A stretch of DNA of 64,000 bases from an uncultured candidate division Zixibacteria bacterium (lineage in GTDB: Bacteria > Zixibacteria > MSB-5A5 > GN15 > FEB-12). Positions 19,966-31,235 of this stretch are shown here, piece after piece. The stretch lies in assembly GCA_963664195.1 (NCBI GenBank), contig OY760907.1, forward strand, positions 3,104,001 to 3,168,000, in the 5' to 3' direction. A model generated the notes under the pieces. That model had not been told where the DNA came from, did not search any database, and was given only the letters and a program-made list of their open reading frames with translations. A program made the translations under genes and the position numbers. Positions within the stretch are counted from its first letter, which is position 1. Each line of letters opens with the position of its first letter.

Positions 19966-20972
19966 ACGTGTTGCTACTGGCCGGCGGCGACTCCAGTGAG
20001 AAAGAGATTTCGTTTTCTTCGGCAGTTACAATCCACGGCGCGCTGGAACGACTGGGACATCAGGTCACGGTGCTGGACCCGGCAATGGGGCAGAAGCTTC
20101 TTTGCTGCGACGGGGCGTTTATGCCGCTGGGGGGCGATGAGGCAACAGAAGCAGGTGTGAACCCATCGGTGCTCAGAACACTGGCTGGCTATTCGTACGA
20201 CGGCGTTGATGTCGTGATGATTGCGCTCCACGGTGGGTTTGGCGAAAACGGTGGAGTACAGAATATTCTGCAAATGGCCGGACAAAAATACACCGGCTCC
20301 GGCATGACCGCCTCAGCGGCCGCGATGAACAAGGCGATGGCCAAAAGGCTGATGTCTTCGGTGGAAGTGCTCACGCCTCGCTGGGGATTCTGCAAGGTGG
20401 AGACGCAGGAAGATGCCGAAGAGTTGGTGGGGCATGTTACGCAGAGCTTCGGATTCCCGCTGATAATTAAACCGAACGATGGTGGCTCGACGGTCGGTCT
20501 GACGAAAGTGAACGATCCCTCAGGCGTGGCGGCCGCAATTGCCGAATCGCTGAAGTATTCGCCCGAAGTGCTGATTGAGGCATATGTCGCGGGTCGCGAG
20601 TTGACGGTCTCGGTATTCGACGGACAGGCATACCCGGTGGTGGAAATCCGGCCCGGAAACGAATTGTATGACTACGAGGCGAAGTACACCAGGGGGAAGA
20701 GCAACTATCTGGCGCCGGCGCCGATTGAGGATGACCTGGCGGAGAGAGTTCAGGATGCGGCAGTGCGCGTCTATGACGCTGTCGGGGCCGAGGGGCTGGC
20801 GCGGATTGACTTCATTCTGGGCGATGACGGTGATTTCTATTGTCTTGAAATCAACACGCTGCCGGGGATGACGGCGTTGTCATTGTCACCAATGGCCTTC
20901 AAGTGTGAAGGGATTGAGTTCGACGGGTTGATTGCTATGATCCTTGACGCGGCGCTGAAACGGAAAGAATAG
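19962..20972 (+). CDS. ddl: D-alanine--D-alanine ligase
   Basis: GGDSSEKEIS, LHGGFGENG, YDYEAKY and LEINTLPGMT motifs. Confidence 0.94.
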   Translation: MNVLLLAGGDSSEKEISFSSAVTIHGALERLGHQVTVLDPAMGQKLLCCDGAFMPLGGDEATEAGVNPSVLRTLAGYSYDGVDVVMIALHGGFGENGGVQNILQMAGQKYTGSGMTASAAAMNKAMAKRLMSSVEVLTPRWGFCKVETQEDAEELVGHVTQSFGFPLIIKPNDGGSTVGLTKVNDPSGVAAAIAESLKYSPEVLIEAYVAGRELTVSVFDGQAYPVVEIRPGNELYDYEAKYTRGKSNYLAPAPIEDDLAERVQDAAVRVYDAVGAEGLARIDFILGDDGDFYCLEINTLPGMTALSLSPMAFKCEGIEFDGLIAMILDAALKRKE

Positions 20973-20974
20973 GT

Positions 20975-21712
20975 ATGGACAAGATTAAGCCAAAAGCGAT
21001 CATATTCGATCTTGGGTCGACTTTGATAGAATACGAGGTGATTCCCTGGGACGAACTGGGGATTGAATGCGCCGAATCCGGCCGCAAGTTTCTCGTCGAT
21101 CGGGGATATGACCTGCCGGAGGGGAACGGGTTTTTCGAAGCCTTCTGCGAGATTCGAGATACGTACCGCGAAGTTGCTCAGGAGCAGCTCGTTGAGTGGG
21201 ATGTCCCGACGGTTGCTTCAAAGCTGTTTGAGAAGCTGGGGATGATCTGGAACGATGATCTGGTTGACGCCTTCTTCGACGCCTATTATAAGCCGGTGGA
21301 CAAGCGTTTGTACGTTTATGACGACGTGCCGGACACGCTCGAAAAACTGAAAGCGGTCTATCCGGTAATGGGGTTGGTATCGAACACGGTCTTTCCTGAG
21401 CGGGCGCATTTACATGAATTGAAGCGGTTCGGGATTGAATCGTATCTGGACTTTACAGTGTTTTCATCGACGTTCAGACTTCGGAAACCGCACCCGGATA
21501 TCTTTTACCACGCGGTCAATCTGGCCGGGTTTGCGCCTTCTGAGTGCGTTTATGTCGGGGATCGGTATATTGAAGACATTCAGGGACCCACGGAGATTGG
21601 CATGCATGCTATTTTGAAGGTCAAAGAGGGGCGGGAGTATCCGGAAGAGATGCCGTTGCTCAGGCGCAGGATTGACGCGTTTGCGGAGTTAATGGATCAT
21701 CTGGAAACGTAA
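20975..21712 (+). CDS. HAD-IA family hydrolase
   Basis: FDLGSTL, SN, KPHPDIF and VGDR motifs. Confidence 0.88.
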   Translation: MDKIKPKAIIFDLGSTLIEYEVIPWDELGIECAESGRKFLVDRGYDLPEGNGFFEAFCEIRDTYREVAQEQLVEWDVPTVASKLFEKLGMIWNDDLVDAFFDAYYKPVDKRLYVYDDVPDTLEKLKAVYPVMGLVSNTVFPERAHLHELKRFGIESYLDFTVFSSTFRLRKPHPDIFYHAVNLAGFAPSECVYVGDRYIEDIQGPTEIGMHAILKVKEGREYPEEMPLLRRRIDAFAELMDHLET

Positions 21713-21816
21713 TGTTGCCGTCGCGGTTGCTTTTTCAAAGAGAGAGCTATATATTTGCCGGACTTGCCGTTGGGTAGAATCTGATTCGCAGAAACTTACA
21801 GTCTTGAGGTGATATA

Positions 21817-22893
21817 GTGGATAACACAGAACTGTTGTTAAAAGAGTTGACCGAGGCCAACGGTGTCTCCGGTTATGAAAAAGACGTTCGGGCTATTATG
21901 ACCCGTGAGTTGGGGGAAACAACGGAGAAGATCGAGTATGATAAAATGGGCTCGATCATGGGTGAAAAGAAGGGCACCGGCGAGTCCCCGCGCGTGATGG
22001 TGGTCGGACACATGGACGAAATCGGGTTCATGGTCAAGGAAATCACCAAGGAAGGGTACATTAAGTTCCTGGCGCTCGGCGGTTGGTGGGGACATGTGGC
22101 GCTGGGCCAGCGGATGCGTGTCATTACTTCCAAAGGTCCGGTTCTTGGCGTGATCGGTTCTACGCCGCCTCATCTTCTGCCGATGGAAGACCGCAAGAAA
22201 GTGCTCGAAGTCAAAGATATGTTTATCGATGTCGGCGTGCAGGAGAAGTACGATGTCAAGAAGAAGCTCGGGATCAAGGTCGGTGATCCGATTATCCCGG
22301 AATCAGAGTTTACGATCATGGGCAACAACAAGATGTATATGGCGAAGGCGTTCGACAACCGCATGGCCTGTGCTGTTGTGGTCGACGTGTTGAAGAAACT
22401 CCAGCGGGTGAAGCACCCGAATACCGTTCTCGGTTGCGGATCGGTGCAGGAAGAAGTTGGTCTTCGCGGTGCCCAGACTCTGGCCCAGTTGGCCAATCCT
22501 GATGTTTGTGTCGTTTGCGATACCGGCATCGGACAGGACATCCCGCCGGATGGATTCTCCAAGGATGAGAAGCTGGGCGCCGGTCCGGCCATTCTCGTGT
22601 ATGACGGCGGCATGATTCCCAATATCGGCCTTCGCGATCTTGTGATCAAGACAGCCGATGAGAAGAAAATCCCGTTCCACCTTACCTATATGGAACGTGG
22701 TGCTACCGACGGCGGCAGAATCCACCTGAGCCGTATCGGTGTGCCGACAATAGTGATAGGACCGGCGGTGAGATATATCCACAGCCATAATTCTATTATG
22801 AATCGTACCGATTATGATAATACAGTCAAGCTGATAGTAGAGACGATCAAGAAGCTTGACAAGAAGACAGTTGCCCAACTTACGGAGGCCTGA
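21817..22893 (+). CDS. M42 family metallo-aminopeptidase
   Basis: GHMDEIG, KAFDNR, VQEEVGLRGA and RYIHS motifs; TTGCTT-N17-TATATT promoter-like site at 21727-21755. Confidence 0.92.
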   Translation: MDNTELLLKELTEANGVSGYEKDVRAIMTRELGETTEKIEYDKMGSIMGEKKGTGESPRVMVVGHMDEIGFMVKEITKEGYIKFLALGGWWGHVALGQRMRVITSKGPVLGVIGSTPPHLLPMEDRKKVLEVKDMFIDVGVQEKYDVKKKLGIKVGDPIIPESEFTIMGNNKMYMAKAFDNRMACAVVVDVLKKLQRVKHPNTVLGCGSVQEEVGLRGAQTLAQLANPDVCVVCDTGIGQDIPPDGFSKDEKLGAGPAILVYDGGMIPNIGLRDLVIKTADEKKIPFHLTYMERGATDGGRIHLSRIGVPTIVIGPAVRYIHSHNSIMNRTDYDNTVKLIVETIKKLDKKTVAQLTEA

Positions 22894-22899
22894 GTAGCC

Positions 22900-24294
22900 A
22901 TGCCATTGGTGTTCAAAAACAGCTTCACGCGTGCCAAGGAAGAGTTCAAGCCGATTGATGACGGGAAAGTCCGCATGTACACCTGCGGGCCGACGGTCTA
23001 CGGCTTTGCCCACATTGGTAACTTCCGGACGTTTATCTTTGAGGACCTGCTCAGGCGTTACCTGAAGTACAAAGGGTACGAGATTACGCATGTGATGAAC
23101 CTGACGGATATCGATGACAAGACGATCCGTGATTCGCAGGCCGAGGGGATTTCACTCAAGGAATTCACTACCCGGTACACAAAGGCGTTTTTTGAAGACC
23201 TTGATACTCTGGGCATTGAACGGGCCGAGCACTATCCGGCCGCTACGGATCATGTTGACGAAATGGTGGCCATGATCAAGAAGTTGGTTGAACGCGGTAT
23301 GGCCTACGAGGTTGACGGCAACTACTACTTCAAAATAGCTGCTTTCCCGAACTACGGTAAACTGGCAAATCTTGATATGGCCGGTCTGAAGGCTGGTGCG
23401 CGGGTTGCCTCAGACGAATACGAGAAAGACTCGGTGTCGGACTTTGCGTTGTGGAAGGCCTGGGATGAGGCTGACGGCGATGTTTATTTCGAGACTGAGA
23501 TTGGCAAAGGCCGTCCGGGCTGGCACATTGAGTGTTCGGCCATGTCGATGAAATATCTTGGCCAGCATTTTGACATTCATACGGGTGGCGTGGACAACAT
23601 GTTCCCGCACCATGAAAACGAGATTGCGCAATCGGAAGGGGCGAACGATAAAAAGTTTGTCAACTACTGGATGCACAGTGAGTATTTGCTGGTTGACGGG
23701 CGCAAGATGTCCAAATCGATGGGGAATTTCTTCACGCTTCGGGATATCATCGAGAAGGGATACTCCGGAGTTGTCATGCGGTATATGCTCATGGCGACGC
23801 ATTACCGTCAGCAGTTGAATTTTACGTTCGATGGCCTCGAGGCGGACCGCAAGGCGCTTGACCGATACAACGATTTCATCTCGAACCTGTCGGACTACGC
23901 CGGTGGTGAGTCGAGTGGGGAAGCCTCGGAGATCACGAAGAAGTTGCTGACCGGTTTCGAGACTCACCTTGACGACGATCTCAATATCTCCGGTGCACTG
24001 GGCGATGTCTTTGATTTCATCCGCGATATCAACCGATTGAAAGCTGAGAACAAGCTTTCGGTTGAAGAGCGAGATGAGGCACTGGCGGCGATGCGTAAGA
24101 TTGACACGGTGTTGGCATTCGAGCAGAAACAGGAGATGATCGACGCTGATATCGAGGCGCTGATTGTCGAGCGTACCGAGGCACGCAAGAGCAAGGATTT
24201 CGCCAGGGCGGATGAGATTCGTGATGAACTGCTGGTGCAGGGGATTGTTCTTGAGGATACCGCCCAGGGCGTGAAGTGGAAACGAAAGGTCTGA
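22900..24294 (+). CDS. cysS: Cysteine--tRNA ligase
   Basis: CGPTVY, HIGN, GRPGWHIEC and KMSKS motifs. Confidence 0.97.
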   Translation: MPLVFKNSFTRAKEEFKPIDDGKVRMYTCGPTVYGFAHIGNFRTFIFEDLLRRYLKYKGYEITHVMNLTDIDDKTIRDSQAEGISLKEFTTRYTKAFFEDLDTLGIERAEHYPAATDHVDEMVAMIKKLVERGMAYEVDGNYYFKIAAFPNYGKLANLDMAGLKAGARVASDEYEKDSVSDFALWKAWDEADGDVYFETEIGKGRPGWHIECSAMSMKYLGQHFDIHTGGVDNMFPHHENEIAQSEGANDKKFVNYWMHSEYLLVDGRKMSKSMGNFFTLRDIIEKGYSGVVMRYMLMATHYRQQLNFTFDGLEADRKALDRYNDFISNLSDYAGGESSGEASEITKKLLTGFETHLDDDLNISGALGDVFDFIRDINRLKAENKLSVEERDEALAAMRKIDTVLAFEQKQEMIDADIEALIVERTEARKSKDFARADEIRDELLVQGIVLEDTAQGVKWKRKV

Positions 24295-24330
24295 TAAGAC
24301 CGTCAAGCAGACTGAAAGTGAGAAATGGAC

Positions 24331-24359
24331 TTGACGTTTTCGTTAAGTTGTGATAGTTT
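24331..24359 (+). promoter_or_regulatory. Putative sigma70 promoter for tRNA-Thr
   Basis: TTGACG-N17-TAGTTT just upstream of the tRNA. Confidence 0.5.
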
Positions 24360-24376
24360 CTCAGGCTCCAAGCCAA

Positions 24377-24449
24377 GCCGGCGTAGCTCAGTTGGTAGAG
24401 CAGCTGATTTGTAATCAGCAGGTCATCAGTTCGAGTCTGTTCGCCGGCT
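24377..24449 (+). tRNA. tRNA-Thr(TGT)
   Basis: GCCGGCG acceptor stem, D arm AGCTCAGTTGGTAGAGC, anticodon arm CTGAT-TTGTA-ATCAG and TTCGAGT loop. CCA is not encoded, and the T stem has one U-U mismatch. Confidence 0.93.
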
Positions 24450-24573
24450 CTTTTTTTGCCTGAAAAACCGATTAAGATGTTTTTGTTTACTTGGATTGCG
24501 AACAGGGATACCGTCAACTGGATAGATATGGGTGACCATGATTCGGCGCAGTCTGCGTCGACTGGAGACTTCC

Positions 24574-25636
24574 GTGAGTAATGACGGGTTTGACAGACGA
24601 ATCGCAGTAACAGGTGGGGCCGGGTTTATCGGCTCTAATCTGCTTCTGCGTCTGGTGCCGAAGTATCCCCGCTATCTGTTTGTCAACGTCGATTGCCTGA
24701 CCTATGCCGGGAATCTCGGCAATCTGGCTGCGATTGAGAGAGCGGAGAACTATCGCTTTGAGAAGGTCGATATCTGCGATTTAGAGGCGCTGAAAGGCTG
24801 CTTTGAACGCCACGCAATTGATGCCGTCATCCATTTGGCCGCGGAGTCACATGTCGACCGTTCCATTGTCGGACCGGGATCGTTCATCAACACCAACATA
24901 ATTGGCACCTTCAATCTGCTAGAGTTGGCTCGGGAGAGAATCGAAGGCCCGAGGCCATGCCGCTTTCACCATGTCTCGACGGATGAAGTTTTTGGGTCGT
25001 TGGGGGCGGAAGGCTATTTCACCGAAGAGACGCCGTACTCGCCCAATTCGCCCTACTCGGCCTCAAAGGCATCGGCTGACCATCTTGTGCGGGCGTATCA
25101 CAAAACCTACGGGCTTGATGTTGTAACCACGAATTGCTCGAACAACTTCGGGCCGTATCAATTCCCGGAGAAGCTGATCCCGCTCATGATCCGCAATGCG
25201 GTGGCAGGGGAGAAACTTCCGGTCTATGGCGACGGTCGCCAGATTCGGGACTGGCTGCACGTCGAGGATCATTGCGACGCGCTTGATCTTGTGTTCCACA
25301 GGGGACTGACCGGTGAAACGTACAATATCGGCGGCAACACCGAGATTGAGAATATCGAACTGGTGCGGAAAATCTGTCGACTGCTTAATGCCAAACTCGG
25401 CGGCGAGGCAGAGAGAGAAGTTGATCGAGTTTGTGACCGACCGCCCAGGCCATGACCGAAGGTACGCAATTGATGCCTCCAAACTGGCTCACGCGCTTGG
25501 TTGGCAGCCCTCGCATACTATCGATGAGGGTCTGGAACAGACGGTAGACTGGTATCTCGATAATGCCGCCTGGTTAGAGAATTGTGTCAGCGGTGAGTAT
25601 AAGAATTATTACACGATGATGTACGGTAACCGATGA
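24574..25636 (+). pseudogene. rfbB: dTDP-glucose 4,6-dehydratase with a single frameshift near 25411-25420
   Basis: [17 protein letters not shown] and YSASK lie in one frame. The conserved tail [19 protein letters not shown] lies in another frame, and the shift falls in GCAGAGAGAGAAG. Confidence 0.85.
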
Positions 25637-25644
25637 GGGACGAT

Positions 25645-26535
25645 ATGAGTGGATCAATTCGGAAAGGGATCGTCTTGGCGGGAGGAAGCGGCACACGTTT
25701 GTATCCGGTCACTCAGGTTGTCTGCAAGCAGCTTTTGCCAGTGTACGACAAGCCGATGATCTACTATCCGCTGTCGACTCTCATGCTCTACGGGGTCCGA
25801 GAAATACTGATTATCTCTACACCTGACGACCTGCCGCGTATTGAATCCTTGCTGGGAAATGGCGAGCGTCTTGGTCTGTGCATCTCGTACAGGATCCAGC
25901 CGAAACCGGAAGGTATCGCGCAGGCATTGATACTTGGAGAGGAGTTTATTGGGGGTGATTCGGTCGCGCTGATTCTCGGAGACAATGTCTTCTACGGCGT
26001 GTATGACTTCCTTCGTGATGCACATAGGTTCACCGACGGTGCGATGGTGTTTGGGTACTACGTTAAGAACCCCGAACGGTACGGCGTGGTCAAGTTTGAC
26101 GGTGACGGCAACGCCATATCGATCGAGGAGAAGCCTCAGAAGCCGCGCTCGCATTATGCCGTGACGGGGTTGTACTTGTATGACTCGGATGTGGTTGGCA
26201 TCGCTAAAGGGCTTAAGCCATCCGCACGTGGCGAACTTGAGATCACCGATGTGAACCGAGCGTATCTGGATCAGAAGAAACTCCAGGTGGTCAAACTCGG
26301 TCGGGGGATCGCCTGGCTTGATACGGGCACGCACGAGAGTCTTCTCGATGCCGGGAATTTTATCGCTACCGTGGAAAAACGACAGGGGCAGAAGATTGCC
26401 TGTCTGGAGGAAATCGCGTTTCGGATGGGTTTCATTACCCGTGGGCAGTTGACCGACATAATTACCAGTATGGCCGATAACACGTATCGTGAGTATCTAA
26501 CGCGGGTTGTTGAGGAGTTCGATGGCGAAGCCTGA
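25645..26535 (+). CDS. rfbA: Glucose-1-phosphate thymidylyltransferase
   Basis: [24 protein letters not shown] and WLDTGT motifs (alternative start at 25633). Confidence 0.95.
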   Translation: MSGSIRKGIVLAGGSGTRLYPVTQVVCKQLLPVYDKPMIYYPLSTLMLYGVREILIISTPDDLPRIESLLGNGERLGLCISYRIQPKPEGIAQALILGEEFIGGDSVALILGDNVFYGVYDFLRDAHRFTDGAMVFGYYVKNPERYGVVKFDGDGNAISIEEKPQKPRSHYAVTGLYLYDSDVVGIAKGLKPSARGELEITDVNRAYLDQKKLQVVKLGRGIAWLDTGTHESLLDAGNFIATVEKRQGQKIACLEEIAFRMGFITRGQLTDIITSMADNTYREYLTRVVEEFDGEA

Positions 26536-27409
26536 GAAACTGCTCATTACCGGCAGTCGGGGGCAACTCGGGAGAGATTTGGTGTCGATTCTGTCACAGG
26601 AATACGACGTCACGGGGATAGGTCTCAAGGACGCCGATATCTGTGATCGCGAGGCGATTTCCTCGGTGGTCGAGAGGGTTCGTCCGGACGTAGTGCTGCA
26701 CACGGCCGCACTTACGGATGTCGATGGGTGTGAATCGGAGCAGGAGCGAGCGATGGCAGTGAACGCAGAGGGCACGAGGAATGTCGCTCTGGCCTGCAAA
26801 AGCGTGTCCGCTCGTATGATCTATTACTCGACAGATTACGTATTCGACGGCTCAGGTGACAAGCCTTACGCTGAGACTGACAGAACGAATCCCCAGACGG
26901 CTTACGGAAAGAGCAAATTGGCCGGGGAAGAGGCAGTGATCACTGAACTCCAAGACGCGGTTATCATACGGATTGCCTGGGTTTACGGGCAGTACGGCAA
27001 GAATTTTGTGCGGACTATGCTCAAATTGGGGAGTGAACAGCTCAGGGCCACACAGCGGGGTGAAATCGCTGCACCGCTGAGAGTTGTGGATGATCAGTTT
27101 GGCAATCCAACCTGGACTGCAGACATAGTGCACCAGACGGCGGCGATTCTAAAAAGCGACATTCGGGGCGTCGTGCATGCTACCAGCGAGGGTGAGGTCA
27201 GTTGGTATGGTCTGGCAGGGGATGTATTTGAAATCACCGATCAGGCCGTTTTGTTGACGCCCTGCACCACGGCTGACTATCCCCTTCCGGCACCTCGTCC
27301 CCGACGGTCATCGCTGGAAAACACATGTTTGAAGCGGCTTGGGCTGAACCTGATGCGACCGTATCGCACCGCACTGCAGGAGTTTCTTATACAGGGGAAG
27401 GCGCTATGA
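26522..27409 (+). CDS. rfbD: dTDP-4-dehydrorhamnose reductase
   Basis: [20 protein letters not shown] and DDQFGNPT motifs. Confidence 0.93.
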   Translation: MAKPEKLLITGSRGQLGRDLVSILSQEYDVTGIGLKDADICDREAISSVVERVRPDVVLHTAALTDVDGCESEQERAMAVNAEGTRNVALACKSVSARMIYYSTDYVFDGSGDKPYAETDRTNPQTAYGKSKLAGEEAVITELQDAVIIRIAWVYGQYGKNFVRTMLKLGSEQLRATQRGEIAAPLRVVDDQFGNPTWTADIVHQTAAILKSDIRGVVHATSEGEVSWYGLAGDVFEITDQAVLLTPCTTADYPLPAPRPRRSSLENTCLKRLGLNLMRPYRTALQEFLIQGKAL

Positions 27410-27876
27410 CGAGTGCGATAATAGGCGTGGAAGTCCGTACCCTGAAGCAGTTTCAAGATAACCGGGGCTGGCTGGTGGAGCTGTTCAGAGAAGATGAACT
27501 GGCTGAAGAATATCATCCGGCGATGAGCTATGTCTCGATGACGCTTCCGGGTGTAACACGCGGGCCGCATGAACATGTTGATCAGGCAGATTGTTTCTGT
27601 TTTGTCGGCCCTTCGACATTTCGGCTATATCTGTGGGACAATCGGCGCGATTCGGAGTCTTACGGAGTGAAATCTGTTTTGGAGTGTGGCGAAAAAAGCC
27701 CGATGATGGTGATAGTACCGAAAGGCGTCGTGCATGCATACAAGAATGTTGGGGGCGTCAACGGCATCGTCTACAACGCTCCGAATCGGCTGTACGCGGG
27801 GGCAGGGAAGAAAGAACGTGTGGACGAAATCCGGCATGAGGATGATCCGGATTCAAGATTTATTGTTGACGATTAG
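27406..27876 (+). CDS. rfbC: dTDP-4-dehydrorhamnose 3,5-epimerase family protein
   Basis: DNRGWLVE, GVTRGPHEH and PKGVVHAY cupin motifs; ATGA overlap with rfbD. Confidence 0.88.
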   Translation: MTSAIIGVEVRTLKQFQDNRGWLVELFREDELAEEYHPAMSYVSMTLPGVTRGPHEHVDQADCFCFVGPSTFRLYLWDNRRDSESYGVKSVLECGEKSPMMVIVPKGVVHAYKNVGGVNGIVYNAPNRLYAGAGKKERVDEIRHEDDPDSRFIVDD

Positions 27877-28071
27877 AGGAGCAGGAGTTATCGTCGTTAA
27901 CCGAAAGGCAGTGTCGGTGGGCTACTTCACGTATTGCAGGCATGAAAAAGGGGTTCAGGAGCCGTTTTCTCCCCAAAAAGCACGGTGGGCGGCTGTCTGT
28001 ACGGGATTTTGGGTTGATTAAAATGGACTTTGGAGTTAGGTTCTACGCATCATGAATGGAAGGACAGCTTA

Positions 28072-29172
28072 ATGCTTTCAGGGAAATCGATACTGGTAAC
28101 GGGCGGAACGGGATCCTTCGGCAAGAAGATGATCGAGACGATTCTGCACAAGTTCCCCAATGTCAGACGCGTAATTGTCTATTCTCGCGATGAACTGAAG
28201 CAGTTCGAGATGAGCCAGGTGTTTTCAGAAGCCAGATATCCGCAGATGCGGTATTTCATTGGCGATGTGCGCGATAAGGAACGTTTGGGGCGGGCAATGC
28301 GCGGAGTAGATGTGGTCATCCATGCTGCTGCTCTCAAACAGGTGCCGGCGTGCGAATACAATCCGTTTGAGGCGGTCAAGACCAATGTCATCGGCGCACA
28401 GAACGTGATCGACAGCGCCATCGATCAGGGTGTGAAGAAAGTGATCGCGTTAAGCACAGACAAGGCCGCTGCACCGATCAATCTGTACGGGGCCACCAAG
28501 CTGTGCTCGGACAAGCTGTTCGTTTCGGCTAACAACTACAAGGGTAGTGCGGATATCAAGTTTTCAGTTGTTCGCTACGGCAATGTTATGGGCAGTCGAG
28601 GGAGTGTCATTCCGTTTTTCATGGGTCGGCGGCACAAGAGTGTCATTCCGATCACTGATACACGGATGACCCGATTCAACATCACGCTTGAAGAAGGTGT
28701 GGCGCTGGTGATGCATGCTATCACTCATGCCTGGGGTGGCGAGATTTTTGTACCTAAGATCCCCAGCTATCGTATTCTGGACGTTGCCAAAGCGATTGCG
28801 CCGAAATGCCGGCAGGAGATTATAGGGATTCGTCCGGGCGAGAAACTCCACGAGGAGATGATCACGGAAACGGATGCTATCAACACGCTGGAGTTCGATA
28901 CGTATTTTGTCATACTGCCGTCAGTGAAGCTATGGGATGTCGATCGATACATGGAAACATTTCGTGGCAAGAAGTGTCCGGACGGGTTCAGGTACTCCTC
29001 AGGTGAGAACAGTGAATGGCTCACCGTCAATCAGATTCGCGAGTTGATAAAGATGCATGTAGACAAAGACTTTTCTGTCAATGAAGACGGGGAGTCTGAC
29101 GCGGACGATAGCTCTGTTTCGACTTTTCAACGCGGCACTCAGATCACTTCGAAGGAGTCAGCCGAGGACTAG
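28072..29172 (+). CDS. pseB: UDP-N-acetylglucosamine 4,6-dehydratase (inverting)
   Basis: GGTGSFG, SRDELKQ, LSTDKA, YGATK, RYGNVMGSRGSV and RPGEKLHE motifs. Confidence 0.93.
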   Translation: MLSGKSILVTGGTGSFGKKMIETILHKFPNVRRVIVYSRDELKQFEMSQVFSEARYPQMRYFIGDVRDKERLGRAMRGVDVVIHAAALKQVPACEYNPFEAVKTNVIGAQNVIDSAIDQGVKKVIALSTDKAAAPINLYGATKLCSDKLFVSANNYKGSADIKFSVVRYGNVMGSRGSVIPFFMGRRHKSVIPITDTRMTRFNITLEEGVALVMHAITHAWGGEIFVPKIPSYRILDVAKAIAPKCRQEIIGIRPGEKLHEEMITETDAINTLEFDTYFVILPSVKLWDVDRYMETFRGKKCPDGFRYSSGENSEWLTVNQIRELIKMHVDKDFSVNEDGESDADDSSVSTFQRGTQITSKESAED

Positions 29173-29225
29173 CGATCTGGTGTCCTTCTCAGCGGCACGT
29201 CTCACAGTGTACAGAGGACGTTGAC

Positions 29226-30461
29226 TTGAATACGATGCCGAAATCTACTCTGACATTTCTTCCGTACGGCCGTCAGCATGTTACGGATGACGATATTGCA
29301 GCCGTCGCAGAAGTTCTTCGGTCAGACTGGCTGACCCAGGGACCTACCATAGCTGAGTTTGAGCGAGAGCTTGCCGATGTGGTTGGAGCCAGGCATGTGG
29401 TTGCCTGTGCCACCGGGACCGCGGCTCTGCATCTGACGATGCTGGCACTCGGTATTGGTAATGGAGATGTGGTTGTCACTTCGCCGAATACGTTCCTTGC
29501 CGATGCCAATTGCGCGCGGTATGTCGGGGCGGAAGTGCAGTTTGCCGACATTGATCTTGCCACCGGAAACATCGACCCTGACGCCTTGGCCGGCGTTCTT
29601 AAGCGCGATGCCGGACGCTGCATAAAGGCGATCATTCCTGTTCATTTTGCCGGACAGCCGGTTGATCTTCCGCGCATTTGCGAGTTGGCCAAAGCGCACG
29701 GTGCGGTGGTTGTGGATGATGCCTGTCACGCGTTGGGAGCGACATATGATTGCTGTGATAAGGCTCACAGAGTGGGAAGCGGCGTACACGCGGCGATGAC
29801 GGTCTATTCGTTTCACCCCGTGAAGCATGTTGCCATGGGCGAGGGGGGAGCGGTAGCCACGAATGACGATGCGTTGGCCGACACGCTGCGTCTGTATCGT
29901 AATCACGGCATGACAAAAGAGAATCTCAAGCAGTCTGACATGGCCTTGTCGCCGGATGGCGAGCCGAATCCCTGGTACTACGAAATGCAGGCTCTGGGGA
30001 TGAACTATCGGCTGACGGATGTTCAGGCGGCGTTGGGTAAGAGTCAACTCAAGAGATTGAACTGGTCGGTGGAGCGTCGCAACCAGATTGCCGCCTACTA
30101 TCGTGAGGGTTTGAAACAGCGCTTCGCACCGGAGCGGGTGAAATCGCTTGATTTGCGTGATGGCGTTTTGCATGCCTATCATCTGTTTGTCCTGCAAATA
30201 GACTTCGAGAGTTTCGGCGTGTCACGGGCCGCAGTTATGAACAGACTTGGTGATGCTGCAATCGGTACACAGGTTCACTATGTCCCGGTTCCGCTCCAGC
30301 CGTATTATCGTGAGTGTGGCGGATTCGTTCCGGGAGATTTCCCGAGTGCCGAGACTTACTATGAAAAAGCGTTGAGCATCCCGATGTATCCGGATCTGAC
30401 GGATGAAGATCTCGACCGCGTGCTGGACTCCTTGCGGGACAGTCTGGAGGGGAACGCATGA
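29226..30461 (+). CDS. pseC: UDP-4-amino-4,6-dideoxy-N-acetyl-beta-L-altrosamine transaminase
   Basis: PYGRQ, SDWLTQGP and SFHPVK (PLP lysine) motifs; DegT/DnrJ family. Confidence 0.9.
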   Translation: MNTMPKSTLTFLPYGRQHVTDDDIAAVAEVLRSDWLTQGPTIAEFERELADVVGARHVVACATGTAALHLTMLALGIGNGDVVVTSPNTFLADANCARYVGAEVQFADIDLATGNIDPDALAGVLKRDAGRCIKAIIPVHFAGQPVDLPRICELAKAHGAVVVDDACHALGATYDCCDKAHRVGSGVHAAMTVYSFHPVKHVAMGEGGAVATNDDALADTLRLYRNHGMTKENLKQSDMALSPDGEPNPWYYEMQALGMNYRLTDVQAALGKSQLKRLNWSVERRNQIAAYYREGLKQRFAPERVKSLDLRDGVLHAYHLFVLQIDFESFGVSRAAVMNRLGDAAIGTQVHYVPVPLQPYYRECGGFVPGDFPSAETYYEKALSIPMYPDLTDEDLDRVLDSLRDSLEGNA

Positions 30462-31189
30462 GAGTTGTGCTGATCACTCAGGCGAGAATGACTTCCACAC
30501 GACTGCCGGGGAAAGTGCTCAAAGAAGTACTCGGCAAACCGTTACTTGAATATCATGTCGAGCGACTCCGGCAGGCACGGAACGCCGACGAGGTGGTTGT
30601 TGCGACGACAAAAAACGACACCGATGAGCCGATTGTCGAGCTGTGCGGAAAACTCGGAGTGACGTGTTTCCGCGGCTCGGAAGAGGATGTACTCTCACGA
30701 TACTACGGGGCAGCCGTTGAACACAGCGCTGAGGTCATTGTGAGGGTGACGTCGGACTGTCCGCTTATTGACCCGGCGGTAATCGACCGCGTCATTTCTA
30801 CGTTTCAGGACAGGCTGCCGGAAGTGGACTATGTCGCCAATACGCTGGAACGGACTTTTCCCCGGGGCATGGACACCGAAGTGTTGACTTTCGGGGCTCT
30901 GGATGAGGCTCATCGCGAGGCTACGGAGACGCCTGATAGAGAGCACGTAACGCGGTTCATCTATATGCATCCGGAGCGGTATCGGATGGAGAACGTGGCT
31001 CTTGAATCCGATCTGAGCAGTCATCGATGGACCGTGGATACTCCCGAGGATTTCAAGTTGATTCGACTTCTGATTGAGGCGCTCTATGTTGCCAGGCCGC
31101 GCTTCACGCTGGAAGACTGTCTTGAGGTGTCGTTAAGGCATCCTGAATGGGCGAAGATCAACAGACAGGTGAATCAGAAGACGAAATAG
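30458..31189 (+). CDS. Acylneuraminate-type cytidylyltransferase (SpsF/PseF-like)
   Basis: QARMTSTRLPGKVL, RGSEEDVLSRY and DREHVT motifs. Confidence 0.85.
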   Translation: MRVVLITQARMTSTRLPGKVLKEVLGKPLLEYHVERLRQARNADEVVVATTKNDTDEPIVELCGKLGVTCFRGSEEDVLSRYYGAAVEHSAEVIVRVTSDCPLIDPAVIDRVISTFQDRLPEVDYVANTLERTFPRGMDTEVLTFGALDEAHREATETPDREHVTRFIYMHPERYRMENVALESDLSSHRWTVDTPEDFKLIRLLIEALYVARPRFTLEDCLEVSLRHPEWAKINRQVNQKTK

Positions 31190-31235
31190 CTGCCGGTTTC
31201 TTTTCGGTCTGGATAATGGCTATGGCGCAGGTAAT

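Noticed and set aside
22303..24306. Long minus-strand ORFs (262 and 298 aa)
   Set aside because: They are antisense shadows of the M42 peptidase and cysS.
29322..30197. 291-aa minus-strand ORF
   Set aside because: It is an antisense shadow of pseC.
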